This document shows, piece after piece, positions 1 to 33,375 of a DNA stretch of 64,000 nt. Each line of letters starts with the position of its first letter. The stretch's first letter is position 1. Location of the stretch: the NCBI GenBank assembly GCA_002269645.1, contig NIVC01002146.1, positions 62,001-126,000 on the forward strand, read 5' to 3'. This stretch comes from Macrostomum lignano. Lineage: Eukaryota. Below the pieces are notes generated by a model. It searched no databases and had not been told where the DNA came from. It saw only the letters and a program-made list of their open reading frames with translations. Both the position numbers and the translations under genes were made by a program.

Positions 1-400
1 GCAGAAAAAAGTGACACGTGCTGAATAAACTCTTTAGACAATTCTGGAGCAACAATTTCTGTCAGTTGGAAAATTCAAGCAGCGCTTAAATCCGCCGCGC
101 TATGGCTGCTTATCAATTTGATTGCTTTGTGGCGAACGCTGCGAGTTGTAGCTTCAAAAATTCAAAAATTGTCAAATTTTTGTAATTTTTTTGACAGGTG
201 AAAAAGCTCTTCGATTCTCGGTGAGAAAATTTCAATTTTCTGGAATCGGTTTTCTAGTCAAACATTTCCTTCCTATGGGGATATTTTTAGAGTTGCTTAT
301 CGGGTTTATTAATTAATTAAATTGGCTCAGAAAATAGAAAAGGATTGGGACTAGGTCTACGGAAACAATGTTGCTAACCCGAGGGACACAGGCTGGGGAA

Positions 401-461
401 CCAGCTCAGGACACAGACTGTCTGGCTGTCTCTCGGGTGAACAGTCTGTGTCCTGATCTGG
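401..461. other. 61-nt hairpin: 21-bp stem with one mismatch, 19-nt loop
   Basis: ccagctcaggacacagactgt (401-421) is the reverse complement of acagtctgtgtcctgatctgg (441-461) except at one position. Confidence 0.85.
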
Positions 462-780
462 CTGGCTGAAAATAACGAACTCTGTTGTTATCAAATTAAA
501 AAAATATTTTTATTTTCAGCAAAGCCTCAGCTAAACAGGACCTAAAGCTTTCTGAGACAGAGGGAAAATCTAAACGTGTGCTTGGGTCCTCAATGTTGGA
601 AAATTGAAGGCTATTTCAATGGCGATTTTGGATATTCAAAGAACTCCATCCAACTGAAAATTCCCTAGCTACTAACAGTAGGAAGTTTAGTGTAGTCAAG
701 CAATCCAGGCGTATAAAACACCCTTGGACCAGAGGAACTGCTCTGTCGCGAGCTGTGGCCAGCAAGCAAGCAAGTAGGAC

Positions 781-1332
781 ATGGGCAGCCGATTCTCAGT
801 CCCACTGGACATCCAAGAGATCGATGCGCTGAGCAAGGAGACGGAGCTGTCGGTGCTGCAGCTGAGCAGCTTCTATCGCCGCTTCAACCGGCTGAGCCGC
901 GGGGAGCCCGTGCTCACCAAGGACGACCTGCTGCGCGAGCAGGACCTCATCACCAACCCGCTGTGCGACCGGATTCTGCACGCCTTCTTTGCCAACGGCC
1001 GTTCGGCGTTGACCTTCGCGGAGTTCGCGCGGCAGCTGGCCGTGTTCAGGCGCAGCAAGCGGCCCTCCAGCCGGGAGGCCAAGCTGCGCTTTCTGTTCTC
1101 CATGCTCGACTTTGGCGGCAGCGGCTTCGTGTCGGCCGCCGAGATGACGGCCTTCCTCATGCTGCTGCTCGGCGACTCCGTCAGCGACGAGCAGCTGGGC
1201 TCCATCTCGCTGCGCTGCCTCTCCGAAGCTGACGACGACGGTGACAATCGGGTGACGTTCGAGGAATTCGCCAAGGCGCTCGGCACGGTGGACATCGAAG
1301 AGCAGATGTGCGTGGCCGCGCTGAATGGCTGA
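781..1332 (+). CDS. CHP1: Calcineurin B homologous protein (CHP)-like EF-hand protein, intronless, 183 aa
   Basis: N-terminus MGSRFS (myristoylation-type G2/S6). Segments NPLCDRILHAFF, KLRFLF, SDEQLGSI..R...EADDDGD....FEEF and DIEEQM are collinear with CHP1 (NPLGDRIINAFF, SDEQLGSIADRTIQEADQDGD). AATAAA at 1419-1424. Confidence 0.88.
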   Translation: MGSRFSVPLDIQEIDALSKETELSVLQLSSFYRRFNRLSRGEPVLTKDDLLREQDLITNPLCDRILHAFFANGRSALTFAEFARQLAVFRRSKRPSSREAKLRFLFSMLDFGGSGFVSAAEMTAFLMLLLGDSVSDEQLGSISLRCLSEADDDGDNRVTFEEFAKALGTVDIEEQMCVAALNG

Positions 1333-1494
1333 GCTGCGAATGACCTCAAGTTGGTTTGGTAGCTGGAGTGAATGATTGACTCATTTAAACAAGTAGCAGT
1401 GCATCTAGTTTTGACTCAAATAAACCTGATGGACGTGTGCTCAATCAACAGAACCTTTTAATTAGCCCCTGTTCCAGTGCTCTCCTATTAGAGA

Positions 1495-2260
1495 GTGAGT
1501 GGCAAGCCTGTCTGAGATGTGTGCTCACCTATCAGACAGTGGGTGACAAGCCTGTCTGAGATGTGTGCTCACCTATCAGACAGTGAGTGACAAGCCTGTC
1601 TGAGATGTGTGCTCATCTATCAGACAGTGAGTGACAAGCCTGTCTGAGATGTGTGCTCATCTAGCAGACAGTGAGTGACAAGCCTGTCTGAGATGTGTGC
1701 TCACCTATCAGAGTGAGTGACAAGCCTGTCTGAGATCTGTGCTCACCTATCAGTGAGTGACAAGCCTGTCTGAGATGTGTGCTCATCTAGCAGACAGTGA
1801 GTGACAAGCCTGTCTGAGATGTGTGCTCACCTAGCAGACAGTGAGTGACAAGCCTGTCTGAGATGTGTGCTCACCTAGCAGACAGTGAGTGACAAGCCTG
1901 CCTGAGATGTGTGCTCACCTAGCAGACAGTGAGTGACAAGCCTGTCTGAGATGTGTGCTCATCTATCAGACAGTGAGTGACAAGCCTGTCTGAGATGTGT
2001 GCTCACCTATCAGTCAGTGGGTGACAAGCCTGTCTGAGATGTGTGCTCACCTATCAGACAGTGACAAGCCTGTCTGAGATGTGTGCTCACCTATCAGACA
2101 GTGACAAGCCTGTCTGAGATGTGTGCTCACCTATCAGTGAGTGACAAGCCTGTCTGAGATGTGTGCTCACCTATCAGACAGTGACAAGCCTGTCTGAGAT
2201 GGGTGCTCACCTATCAGACAGTTACAAGCCTGTCTGAGATGTGTGCTCACCTATCTGTGA
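1495..2260. repeat. Minisatellite, ~44-bp unit, ~17 copies; each unit has an internal inverted repeat
   Basis: Unit gtgagtgacaagcctgtctgagatgtgtgctcacctatcagaca; ctgtctga...tcagacag can pair within each unit. Confidence 0.95.
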
Positions 2261-2673
2261 CAAGCTCACAGAAAGTAAAAAATGACGTTCACTTCGCTTC
2301 CAGTTCGCAACAGTGCAATGCTTGGTTCATCGGTGCGTAACCGAACACGAACGAACTTCCTGTCTGTGATTAATTAGCCCCACAAAATCCGAGACTCTCT
2401 CTGAGTCAAGATTCCAGAGCTGAAGCAGCAGGTGCAGAAGAGAGTTTAGTGAGCTGACCGACAGGAAGTAAACTCTGGGCGCAATGTGCGAGAGAGGACA
2501 GGTAAATTTCCCAAGTTCTAGCAATATAACTACTTTTTGGATTGCTAAATATGCAAATATGAACATGATTTGGACATTAGAAATTCTGCCATTTTTCTGC
2601 CTTCTTGTAAGCTGAGAAGTACAGACTAAATTGTTGCTACAGGCTAACAAAGAGTCGCCAAGCTTCTTAGATT

Positions 2674-2740
2674 CTCATGGGGAATCGCTAAGCTGGTCAG
2701 AGGCTCATGGGGAATCGCTAAGCTGGTCAGAGGCTCATGG
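2674..2740. repeat. 30-bp tandem duplication (~2.2 copies)
   Basis: ctcatggggaatcgctaagctggtcagagg occurs twice, plus a partial third copy. Confidence 0.85.
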
Positions 2741-3092
2741 CGAAATGCCGATCGCCTCAAGAGACTCCGCTATGATAGCAGCACAATTAAAAGTTCAGAT
2801 GTTAAATCAGCCAACTCAGATTAGGGGTTCTCAGTTTGCCATAAAATCCGAATACACGTTTATTATTTTAGAAGCGGCAACGGGCTTGGATGCCAGTGCC
2901 TGCCTGTCAGAGAGACAAGCAAGTCGATTTTTCCAGACATGTTAAGTGCTGCTCGCTACGCAAGTGTAAGCGGATTCTTTGTCAATGGCGCAATCGATGC
3001 CTGCCAAAGCTCGGTCACCATGGAGTTCAACTCAGCGAAGACCAGCTGCCTTATCCGGGATGCATCTGAGAAAAAACGCATAAAATTTGCGA

Positions 3093-4163
3093 TCAAATCC
3101 CACAACAAACAGCCAGTTGATGCAGTAGGGCAGGACGAACAGAAACGAGCCCAGCCTCTCGAAAATCGTGCCTGAAATTGGGTGTTGATTTGCACTGACA
3201 AGACGCTGCAGGGGCACCATGGAAGGTGACATGCGGTAATCGAATCGAACTGCTTGGCTCACCGCTGATTATTTTGATGTAGCCCTCCTCAAATTGGACT
3301 TCGCTGACTCTGTACTGCAGCAGCATGAGCAGGCGGGGCAGAAAGAAGCACACAAAAATAACCAAGTTGATCCCAAGCAGTTTCAGAGTGGCTCGAACCT
3401 CGTCAGTAAAAGCGCGCCTCGTACTGGATTCGGGCTCTATCGAGATAAGCGCTATGACAGCCGAGACCGTGGCGGAGAGGGCCGCAGCCAGGCACACGAG
3501 CGCACGATCCTTGGACCTGGTGAGCGCGGTCTTAGCTCTCAGTGGAAATTTAACGCTAGAACAGCGCAGCAGGGAACTGATGGTCAGAGAGATCGGGGAC
3601 AGGTAGACAGGAAAGTACACGATGGCAAAGAATACCTTGCACATGGCGCTCTGGACTGCGGCGTGGCTCGGGTCGCGCAGTCCCCAGATCAACAGCATCA
3701 AGTTTTTGCTGGGGAGGTGGAGGCGTCTGAAAACGGGTTCGCTAGCAACCAGTCATCCACAATGAGCTCGTACAGCAGGTAAGCCAAGCTGGCGATGTCG
3801 GCTGACGCGGCAAGGAGGAAGTAGTTCCTGGCCGACCTGGAGTATCCCGAACTGCCCCTGACAAGGAAGATCAGGCAGCATTTGCAGCAGGAAGGTGGCT
3901 GGGTAGGCCACGGATTTCACAATGGCAGCCACGAAGCTCATCAGGTGGTGAATTTCCGATCTGGCGACTGCTCGATAAATAATCTTCAGCACAGCATCGC
4001 TAAGCGCAATTCCTGACGTGTTCCTCTTGTTGTTGGCCAAAAAGGCTGCAAAGTGATCGAGTATCGAGTGTGTAGCAGGACTTGCATCCCGGACTCGTTG
4101 ATGCAGCAAGAATAACGAATGTGAAACCGGTTTACCTTCATAGTCGGCGAAGAAGAACTTCAT
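3093..4163 (-). pseudogene. Degraded rhodopsin-like (peptide-receptor type) GPCR sequence with two frame breaks and TM5 apparently missing
   Basis: Frame A (3753-4163) gives an N-terminus with an NTS sequon and a TM1-like [14 protein letters not shown] shifted frame gives [25 protein letters not shown] (TM2-like). ORF 3093-3701 gives CKVFFAIVYFPVYLSPISLTISSLLRCSSVKFPLRAK (TM3/ICL2-like), a TM4-like helix, and EVRATLKLLGINLVIFVCFFLPRLL (TM6-like). Confidence 0.5.
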
Positions 4164-4610
4164 TGCAGATTGAACTTCACTGCAGTCAGTGTTGTCCTAG
4201 CAAGTGAGCTACTAAACTGTTATTTATAATGCCCACTGCAGGTGCCACGCCCTGCAATCAGCTCGCCGCTTCAATTTTCAATTCTGCGCTCAACCTTTAT
4301 CCCAGGTATTTCTGATGCGATAAGACATCAACCCATCGCACTATCGTGTCGCTATTTAATGTCTTCGCGTGACTTGCCAGTGCCAGTGCGACTCTTGGCG
4401 AAATGCGCTCGCAATGAATGTTTTCCAACTAAGCGCCAGTCTCTGGTGACTCATTAGCAACTAAAAATACCAACCATTAGTTTCAGAATGCAGGAATCCT
4501 CGGCGAAAACAAGGCAGACCAAGGTTGAATACCCTTCTCAAGATTCTTCCCGGATAATACCGGTATTCTTTCTGGCTGAGATCCTCCTAATGGATAAGAT
4601 TCTTACTAGA

Positions 4611-5410
4611 TCATGGATGAGATTCTTCATGGGTGAGATTCTGTATGGGTGAGATACTGCATGGGTGAGATATTGCATGGGTGAGATACTGCATGGGTGA
4701 GGTTCTGCATGGGTGAGATACTGCATGGGTGAGGTTCTGCATGGATGAGATTCTGCATGGGTGAGATTACTCATGGATGAGATTCTTCATGGATGAGATT
4801 CTGCATGGGTGATATTCTTCATGGATGAGATTCTGCATGGGTGATATTCTTCATGGATGAGATTCTGCATGGGTGATATTCTTCATGGATGAGATTCTGC
4901 ATGGGTGATATTCTTCATGGATGAGATTCTGCATGGGGTGAGATTCTGCATGGGTGATATTCTTCATGGATGAGATTCTGCATGGGGTGAGATTCTGCAT
5001 GGGTGATATTCTTCATGGATGAGATTCTGCATGGGGTGAGATTCTGCATGGGTGATATTCTTCATGGATGAGATTCTGCATGGGGTGAGATTCTGCATGG
5101 GTGATATTCTTCATGGATGAGATTCTGCATGGGGTGAGATTCTGCATGGGTGATATTCTTCATGGATGAGATTCTGCATGGGGTGAGATTCTGCATGGGT
5201 GATATTCTTCATGGATGAGATTCTGCATGGGTGAGATTATTCATGGATGAGATTCTTCATGGATGAGATTCTTCATGGATGAGATTCTGCATGGGGTGAG
5301 ATTCTTAATGAATGAGATTATTCTTGGATGAGATTCTTCATGGGTGAGATTCTTCATGGATGAGATTCTGCATGGGGTGAGATTCTGCATGGGGTGAGAT
5401 TCTTCATGGA
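4611..5410. repeat. Minisatellite of 16-17-bp units with a ~32-33-bp higher-order alternation
   Basis: catgggtgagattctg, catggatgagattctg and catgggtgatattctt variants in tandem. Confidence 0.95.
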
Positions 5411-6551
5411 TGGGTTACGAAGAAGGGATGGAAATGCAATAATTTCAACGGTCAGAAAGCGGTCTATCGGCAGAGTTCACAAGACATCAAATTTTAGCAA
5501 AATGAACCATGGAAAAGAAACAAACAAAATAAAATTGGCATCGCTTAGCCGAGAGATACTTTTAGCCATAGACTAAGTAAAAGCAATGAATCAGATGCAT
5601 ATGCAGCACAACACAGAGCGCGATCATTTATTGAGCTTTTGCAATAAAAAACATTACAATCGATAGAGTAAAAAATCCATTCAATGTTGACTTTTGACGC
5701 AGTTTATGCAATTCGTACTGCGAAACACGTGCAGACAGCAGCCAGGAACTGGAAGATTCACGCTGCCAGTTCAATGTGCAGGCAATACTAAGCTCGGCAA
5801 TTCATAGCCGGCATATGCCATGTACGATGCGAAAGATGTTCTCGAATAATTGTAGTCAGTCATGACCCAGCTCCAGCAGTGCATCATCAATGAAAAGTGT
5901 TAGCGGCAGTATTGAGTGTGACCGCTAGGCTGCAGTGTAATGATCAATATTCAGCTGGCTACCGTGAAGAAAGACGGCTCGCCAAATCTTTCGTATGGAA
6001 AAAATTTCCAAAGCTACTGAAAGTAGGCGGCTCGCATTTTTTCAAAGCAAAATATCTCTCAGCACAGTTAGTATGACAATCAAAGCAGATGATAGATCAG
6101 CTGATGGTTGTAAAAGTGGCGAAAAAAAGGTAAAAGAATCAGATACGAAAAGCAACTGGGATTCTGGGAACCTACGCAGTAGATAGTTATAGAGACTCTT
6201 ATGCATTCATAAACAGTATTGCAAGACCAAAGCATACAAGTGTACAATGTATACAGTACATACTGCAAAAGCAGATCAAATATTGAGGCTGACTAGACAA
6301 AACCAGCGCGTAATCACATAGTGAGAAGCCATCAGGAGAAATTTTATTCAATTAATTTATCACTCAATTTCCAAAACTAAATCTTGCACAAATACTCTTT
6401 ATCAGCAGATAGGGAGCATGTACCGGCTGTGGATTAGCAATCCAGTTAGTATGTACACACGAGAGCCAAAGCCGCACTGTGACTTCATCGCCGGGACCAA
6501 AGGCAAAAACAGGGCTTTGTAGTCTTCCATTTTGACTGCTCAGGCAGCTGC

Positions 6552-28047
<21,496 letters not shown>

Positions 28048-29760
28048 TGCATGACAGTTTTTCTAACTGTTTCTGAGATTTCTTTTAAAAAATTAATCAT
28101 AAGCAAAGTCATTAGCAACCAAAGCCAAATAAAAAAGTGCAAGAACATTCCAACTGAGCTCTGGTAAAAAATTAATCTATACCTAAAATTATATCTAATT
28201 TAAGACAAAATTAAGAAATTAAGGGTTGAAAGATAAGTTGATCTCTAATAGACTTCTACTAAAGTTTATCAGTTTTTAAAGTAAATAACCTGCTATAAAA
28301 TTATAGGATCAAAAGACAACAATGATGCTTCAAATTTAAATTAAGATAAATCACATACTATAAATAAGTAAAAACTTGGCCAAAATTCAAAATGTAAAAG
28401 ATATAAATAACATATTATGATTTATAGCACAGATAGGACTTTAAGAAGAAAATGAATTTCATTGGAACAAATAAAAGGTTGTTTATATTTTAGTAGAAAT
28501 TGCCTAGTCTTAAATTACTTGTTTCTAGCATTCTTTCAAAAGAAAAATGGCCATCACCTTATTTACCTTCATTTCTACTATTATTCATTAAACTTTTTAA
28601 ATAAGATTTTTAAAAATGCCTATCCTATGGTCTAATATCCAAGTTGATATTTTAAACTATGTTTTAACAAATATATACTTTAGCAATTGACTCTTTTCTA
28701 AGCAAATTAATCATATTAACTATTTTAAATTTCTATAATTGCTAAAAATTACCTAAACTAATATTTAAAAAATGATCCTAATTTGCTTATATTAAGAACC
28801 ATTGATCAAATTTATTTATTATCTAGATAAAAATAGCCAACTAACTTGCTTTATAAAATATAAATACATACAACTTTTATGGCTATGGCTATGCCATAGC
28901 TAAATATCTGATTTATTTATCATTTAATTAGCATTTAAATCTCAAGTGAATTCTTGCTAGTTGTCTCTAAACAGTACGATTAGACTCAATATAATACTCT
29001 AAGAAAAGAAATATTAATACAAAAATTCATAAAGAATTTATAATTCTAGGATAAGAATTATGTTGAATTTTATGTTGAATTATGTTGAATTATGGTGAAC
29101 TTTATGTTGAATTATATAGCTATACAATTAGGCTTTGTTTCAGTGCATTACCTATTACAGTTAAAAAACAACATAATTTTTTTGAAAAACCAATAATGAA
29201 GAGTGAAGACTGTGTTACCGTGTGTATATGTATGTATATATAAATATTTATTGTGTTGTCTCAGTAAAAAAATAGATTTTTTAGACTTACCTTTGCAAAG
29301 CTCATTCTAAATTATGATAAATTGCTTCTGATTTCAGTAGAAAGTAGGGGATGAAAATTAAAAGAGCATAGGCTTGCTTAAATTCTGACCTACGATTTTA
29401 AACAGAATTTAAAAGCAATCCATAAAATTAGAGAACTTTATATGCAAACATTGAATTAATTTACCTGAAATAATTTTTCTCAGAAAAAATTATCGTGCCA
29501 AAAATGACAAGAAAGCAGTTAAACAATTTTTATACTCGTATTGGTGATTGAAACGGAATATCGAATCAAATAAAAATATAAAACAACTAATATTATGTGT
29601 TGCTTTCTTTTAAAAGATATTTGATAGTAAATATTGCCGTTTTCATATGTACAGTCTGCTCTTTGTGATTTAGTCTAACAAAATGCACCTCACCAGCTAG
29701 ATATGCCATTGCCACTTTTGCGCATACACCAGCGCCACGCGCATGCCGCACCATAGTGAT

Positions 29761-29790
29761 GGCCAATGGGCCAATGGCCCAATCCCAATG
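29761..29790. promoter_or_regulatory. Cluster of four CCAAT motifs in the AT-rich spacer between the divergent SNX and alpha-tubulin genes
   Basis: ggccaatgggccaatggcccaatcccaatg; function is inferred only from the motif. Confidence 0.35.
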
Positions 29791-30235
29791 TTATGTTATG
29801 TTATGGCTACGCCACTGTCTTTAATTGATAAAGTAAATTGATAAGAAAACGGAAACGGGAAATATTCTACAGTAAGTAATAAAGCTGCAAGAATAAAATG
29901 TGACAGGTCATACGAGCGTATTGATCGATTATAGTTTCGGGATTGGCTTAAATAGCTAATCTTGACGGGTGGTAACAATTCTTGCAAATGGAAACAGCTT
30001 TTTGTTTGCATGTTAGAGGACATGATTGATATTACGCACGATGTCTAAAAATTGTCCTAAATATAGAGATATAGAATTTCCATTCTCATGTTCACAGACA
30101 TATTAGCGTTTTTATTGTTTTGCAAATGCATAAGGAAATAAACTGTGTGTAGTGATAAGTATCAAAGGTTAAATAGTCCATATACTAAAAATAGCAACTA
30201 TATGCACAGTATCAGGAAGTATTGAGCATCTTGAG

Positions 30236-30583
30236 CAGGGGTCAGCAATTTTTTTTACTTCAAGGGCCAGATAGAGAACCTAGTGCATGACTGCGGGCCA
30301 GAAGAGGGGAGAGAGAGAAGGGCCAGAGAAAATAGAGAAGAGAGATGATCGAGAGATATGAGAAAGGGATCGAGGCAAGGGAAGAGAGGAGAGAGGAGAG
30401 AGAGAGAGAAGAGGAGAGAAGAGAGAGAGGACAGAAAAGAAAAAGAGATCATTAGAGAGAAGACAGCTAGCTGAGAAGAGACACGAACCATTGGTGGCAG
30501 GATTGCTATTGTGAAGTTTCAAAGGACCCTGAGAGCCCGATAGAGAGGCTTCGCGGGGAGGCTGCGCATGTGGCCGACCCCAG
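30236..30583. mobile_element. Non-autonomous hAT (Charlie-like) MITE, 348 bp
   Basis: Ends caggggtcagcaa ... tggccgaccccag are imperfect TIRs. The 8-bp flanks atcttgag (30228-30235) and attttgag (30584-30591) match 7/8. The interior is GA-rich. Confidence 0.7.
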
Positions 30584-31143
30584 ATTTTGAGAATCCGAGT
30601 CATGAGCATGCAAGGGAGGGATTCGTTTATTAGCACGCCAATATTACAACCACCTGCAGTAAGTACACTAGCGTTTGTTTCCCTATAAATACATGTACTT
30701 AGCCACTCCTGGGTGGCTACAGCCCTGCTGATTGTTACAACAGTCTGGCTTAATTCTTTTACTTGAAGTCTTTCACATTTCTGACTTTCAGCAAGATATG
30801 AATTTGTGGATTCGATAGCCTGACCCTTTCGTCTCAATTGCTGCAACAACGATCGATAAATTTTTCTTCGCTGTTTGCATTGTCTATGGCCGTCCGCACG
30901 GTTCGGAGCTGATGAAGCTAGTTCGGACCATAGAGAGACAGAGGTCCTGTGCAACTTTGTCTTAGCCTGCAGTGTAGAGGCGCGAAGCCAAGTGGACTTT
31001 TAGCTCTAGCCCGGCTGTAGGTAAATTTGCGGCACCAGCGAGGCATCTTCATTCGCGGTACGCACCGGTAGCTACTTAAAAGGACAGACAGAGCTGCCCA
31101 GCTAATCAGACAAGCCAAGACTCAGGAACCACTCGAACCGAGC

Positions 31144-32508
31144 ATGCGCGAGTGCATCTCAATTCACGTTGGTCAAGCCGGCATTCAGATCGGCAACGCC
31201 TGCTGGGAGCTCTACTGTCTGGAGCACGGCATCCAACCCGACGGTCTCATGATGGCCGGCAGAGAGAAATGCGACGACTCGCAGGAACCGTTTTTCTCCG
31301 AAACTCCCAGTGGCCACTACGTGCCGCGCACCATCTTCGTGGACCTGGAGCCCACCGTGGTTGACGAGGTGCGAAACGGCACCTACCGCCAGCTGTTCCA
31401 CCCGGAGCAGCTCATCTCAGGCAAGGAGGACGCCGCCAACAACTACGCCAGAGGCCACTACACAGTCGGCAAGGAGCTGATTGGCAACGTGCGGGAGATC
31501 GTCAACCGGCTGGCGGAGAACTGCGCCGCCTTGCAGGGCTTCCTGATCTTTCACTCGTTTGGCGGCGGCACGGGCGCCGGCTTCACCTCGCTGCTGTGCG
31601 ACCGGCTGTCGTCCGAGTACGGCAAGCGAGCGAAGCTGCAGTTCGCCGTCTACCCGGCGCCGCAGATTTCTACGGCCGTGGTGGAGCCCTACAACGCCAT
31701 CTTGTGCACCCACGGCACCCTGCCGCATACCGACGTCGCCTTTATGGTAGACAACGAGGCCATATACGATATCTGCCGAAGGAATCTGGAAATCGAGAGA
31801 CCGACCTACACCAACCTGAACCGCCTGATTGCGCAGGTGGTATCTTCAATAACCGTGTCCCTGCGGTTCGATGGCTCGCTCAATGTGGACATCACCGAGT
31901 TCCAGACCAACCTCGTGCCCTACCCGAAGATCCACTTCCCACTGGCTACCTATGCTCCCATCATTTCCACGGAGAAGGCAAATCACGAGGCGCTGAAAGT
32001 CAAGGACATCACGAACGCGTGCTTTGAGGCTAGCAACCAGATGGTGAAGTGCGACCCCCGGCACGGAAAGTACATGGCCTGCTGCCTGCTGTACCGGGGC
32101 GACGTCAACTCGAATGAAATCAATCATTCGATCCAGAAGATCAAGAACAAGCGCGAGATCCAGTTCGTGGACTGGTGCCCCACCGGCTTCAAGGTCGGCA
32201 TCAACTACCAGCCGCCCGTCGCGGTGCCCGGAGGCGACCTCGCGAAGGTGCCTCGAGCGGTCTGCATGCTGAGCAACACCACCGCCATTGCCGAGGCCTG
32301 GGACCGGCTGGCGTACAAGTTCGACCTCATGTACTCGAAGCGCGCCTTCGTGCACTGGTACGTCGGCGAGGGCATGGAGGAGGGCGAGTTCGCCGAGGCC
32401 CGCGAGGAACTCGGCTCCATGCAGAAGGACTACGAAGAGGTCGGAGTGGACAGCGTCGAGGGTGAGGAAGAGGAAGTCGAAGAGTTCAACAAAGATAAGG
32501 ACGAATAA
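31144..32508 (+). CDS. TUBA: Alpha-tubulin, intronless and divergent, 454 aa
   Basis: [20 protein letters not shown] (tubulin signature region), [16 protein letters not shown], acidic tail. AATAAA at 32592-32597. Confidence 0.98.
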   Translation: MRECISIHVGQAGIQIGNACWELYCLEHGIQPDGLMMAGREKCDDSQEPFFSETPSGHYVPRTIFVDLEPTVVDEVRNGTYRQLFHPEQLISGKEDAANNYARGHYTVGKELIGNVREIVNRLAENCAALQGFLIFHSFGGGTGAGFTSLLCDRLSSEYGKRAKLQFAVYPAPQISTAVVEPYNAILCTHGTLPHTDVAFMVDNEAIYDICRRNLEIERPTYTNLNRLIAQVVSSITVSLRFDGSLNVDITEFQTNLVPYPKIHFPLATYAPIISTEKANHEALKVKDITNACFEASNQMVKCDPRHGKYMACCLLYRGDVNSNEINHSIQKIKNKREIQFVDWCPTGFKVGINYQPPVAVPGGDLAKVPRAVCMLSNTTAIAEAWDRLAYKFDLMYSKRAFVHWYVGEGMEEGEFAEAREELGSMQKDYEEVGVDSVEGEEEEVEEFNKDKDE

Positions 32509-32840
32509 GGCTGTTCTGCTTCCACTGGTTCACCCAGCTGTGTTTGTGGACCTGCCGCCAAGGTGTTAGACTGTTGCTACGAGATACAAGTAATAAAATA
32601 TGAAGTACTTTTAGCGGCATATTTGAATTTTAGTACATGTGGATTTAGTATAGGAGATTTTATGTTGCATTGCATTGCAGTGCCTGCCCATTCAAAATAT
32701 TTTGTTTTTTATGAAAGACTAAATATACAGTGCAAAACTAAACTTTGCTTTCATCTCAGCAGTCACAGCTCACAGCGTTTTACTGCACCGCCAAGCACTG
32801 GCCACTGCTGTTGATTCTTTAAATAGCTGAGAATTGGATA

Positions 32841-33137
32841 GCACACCTGGAACTCCTCTTCAGTACTGGCACACCTGGAGCCCCTGTTCAGTACTGGCAC
32901 ACCTGGAACTCCTGTTCAACACTGGCACACCTGGAACCCCTGTTCAGTACTGGCACACCTGGAACTCCTGTTCAATACTGGCACACCTGGAACTCCTGTT
33001 CAGTACTGGCACACCTGGAACTCCTGTTCAGTACTGGCACACCTGGAACTCCTGTTCAGTACTGGCACACCTGGAACCCCTGTTCAATACTGGCACACCT
33101 GGAACCCCTGTTCAATACTGGCACACCTGGAACTCCT
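32841..33137. repeat. Minisatellite, 28-bp unit, ~10 copies
   Basis: ctggcacacctggaactcctgttcagta. Confidence 0.93.
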
Positions 33138-33375
33138 GATGAGTGCAGGAGCGCACAGATTATAGTCAACTACACTTTGAGACTTGTTGCACCATCAACT
33201 AGTTTAATGGATATCCGTTTATCCGAAAAGCTATTTTTCATTAATTAATAACTTTAATTCGGATCCGCGTTGAGAAAAATTATCTTCATCTGTATTTTAA
33301 TATAGAAAATCACTGAATATAAGAACAGAGTCAGTTGCGAGGATGCACCAGCAGAATGGCAGGGTGTGGAATTCG

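Noticed and set aside
1495-2260. CRISPR-like appearance (palindromic repeats)
   Set aside because: No unique spacers, no cas genes, and a eukaryotic context.
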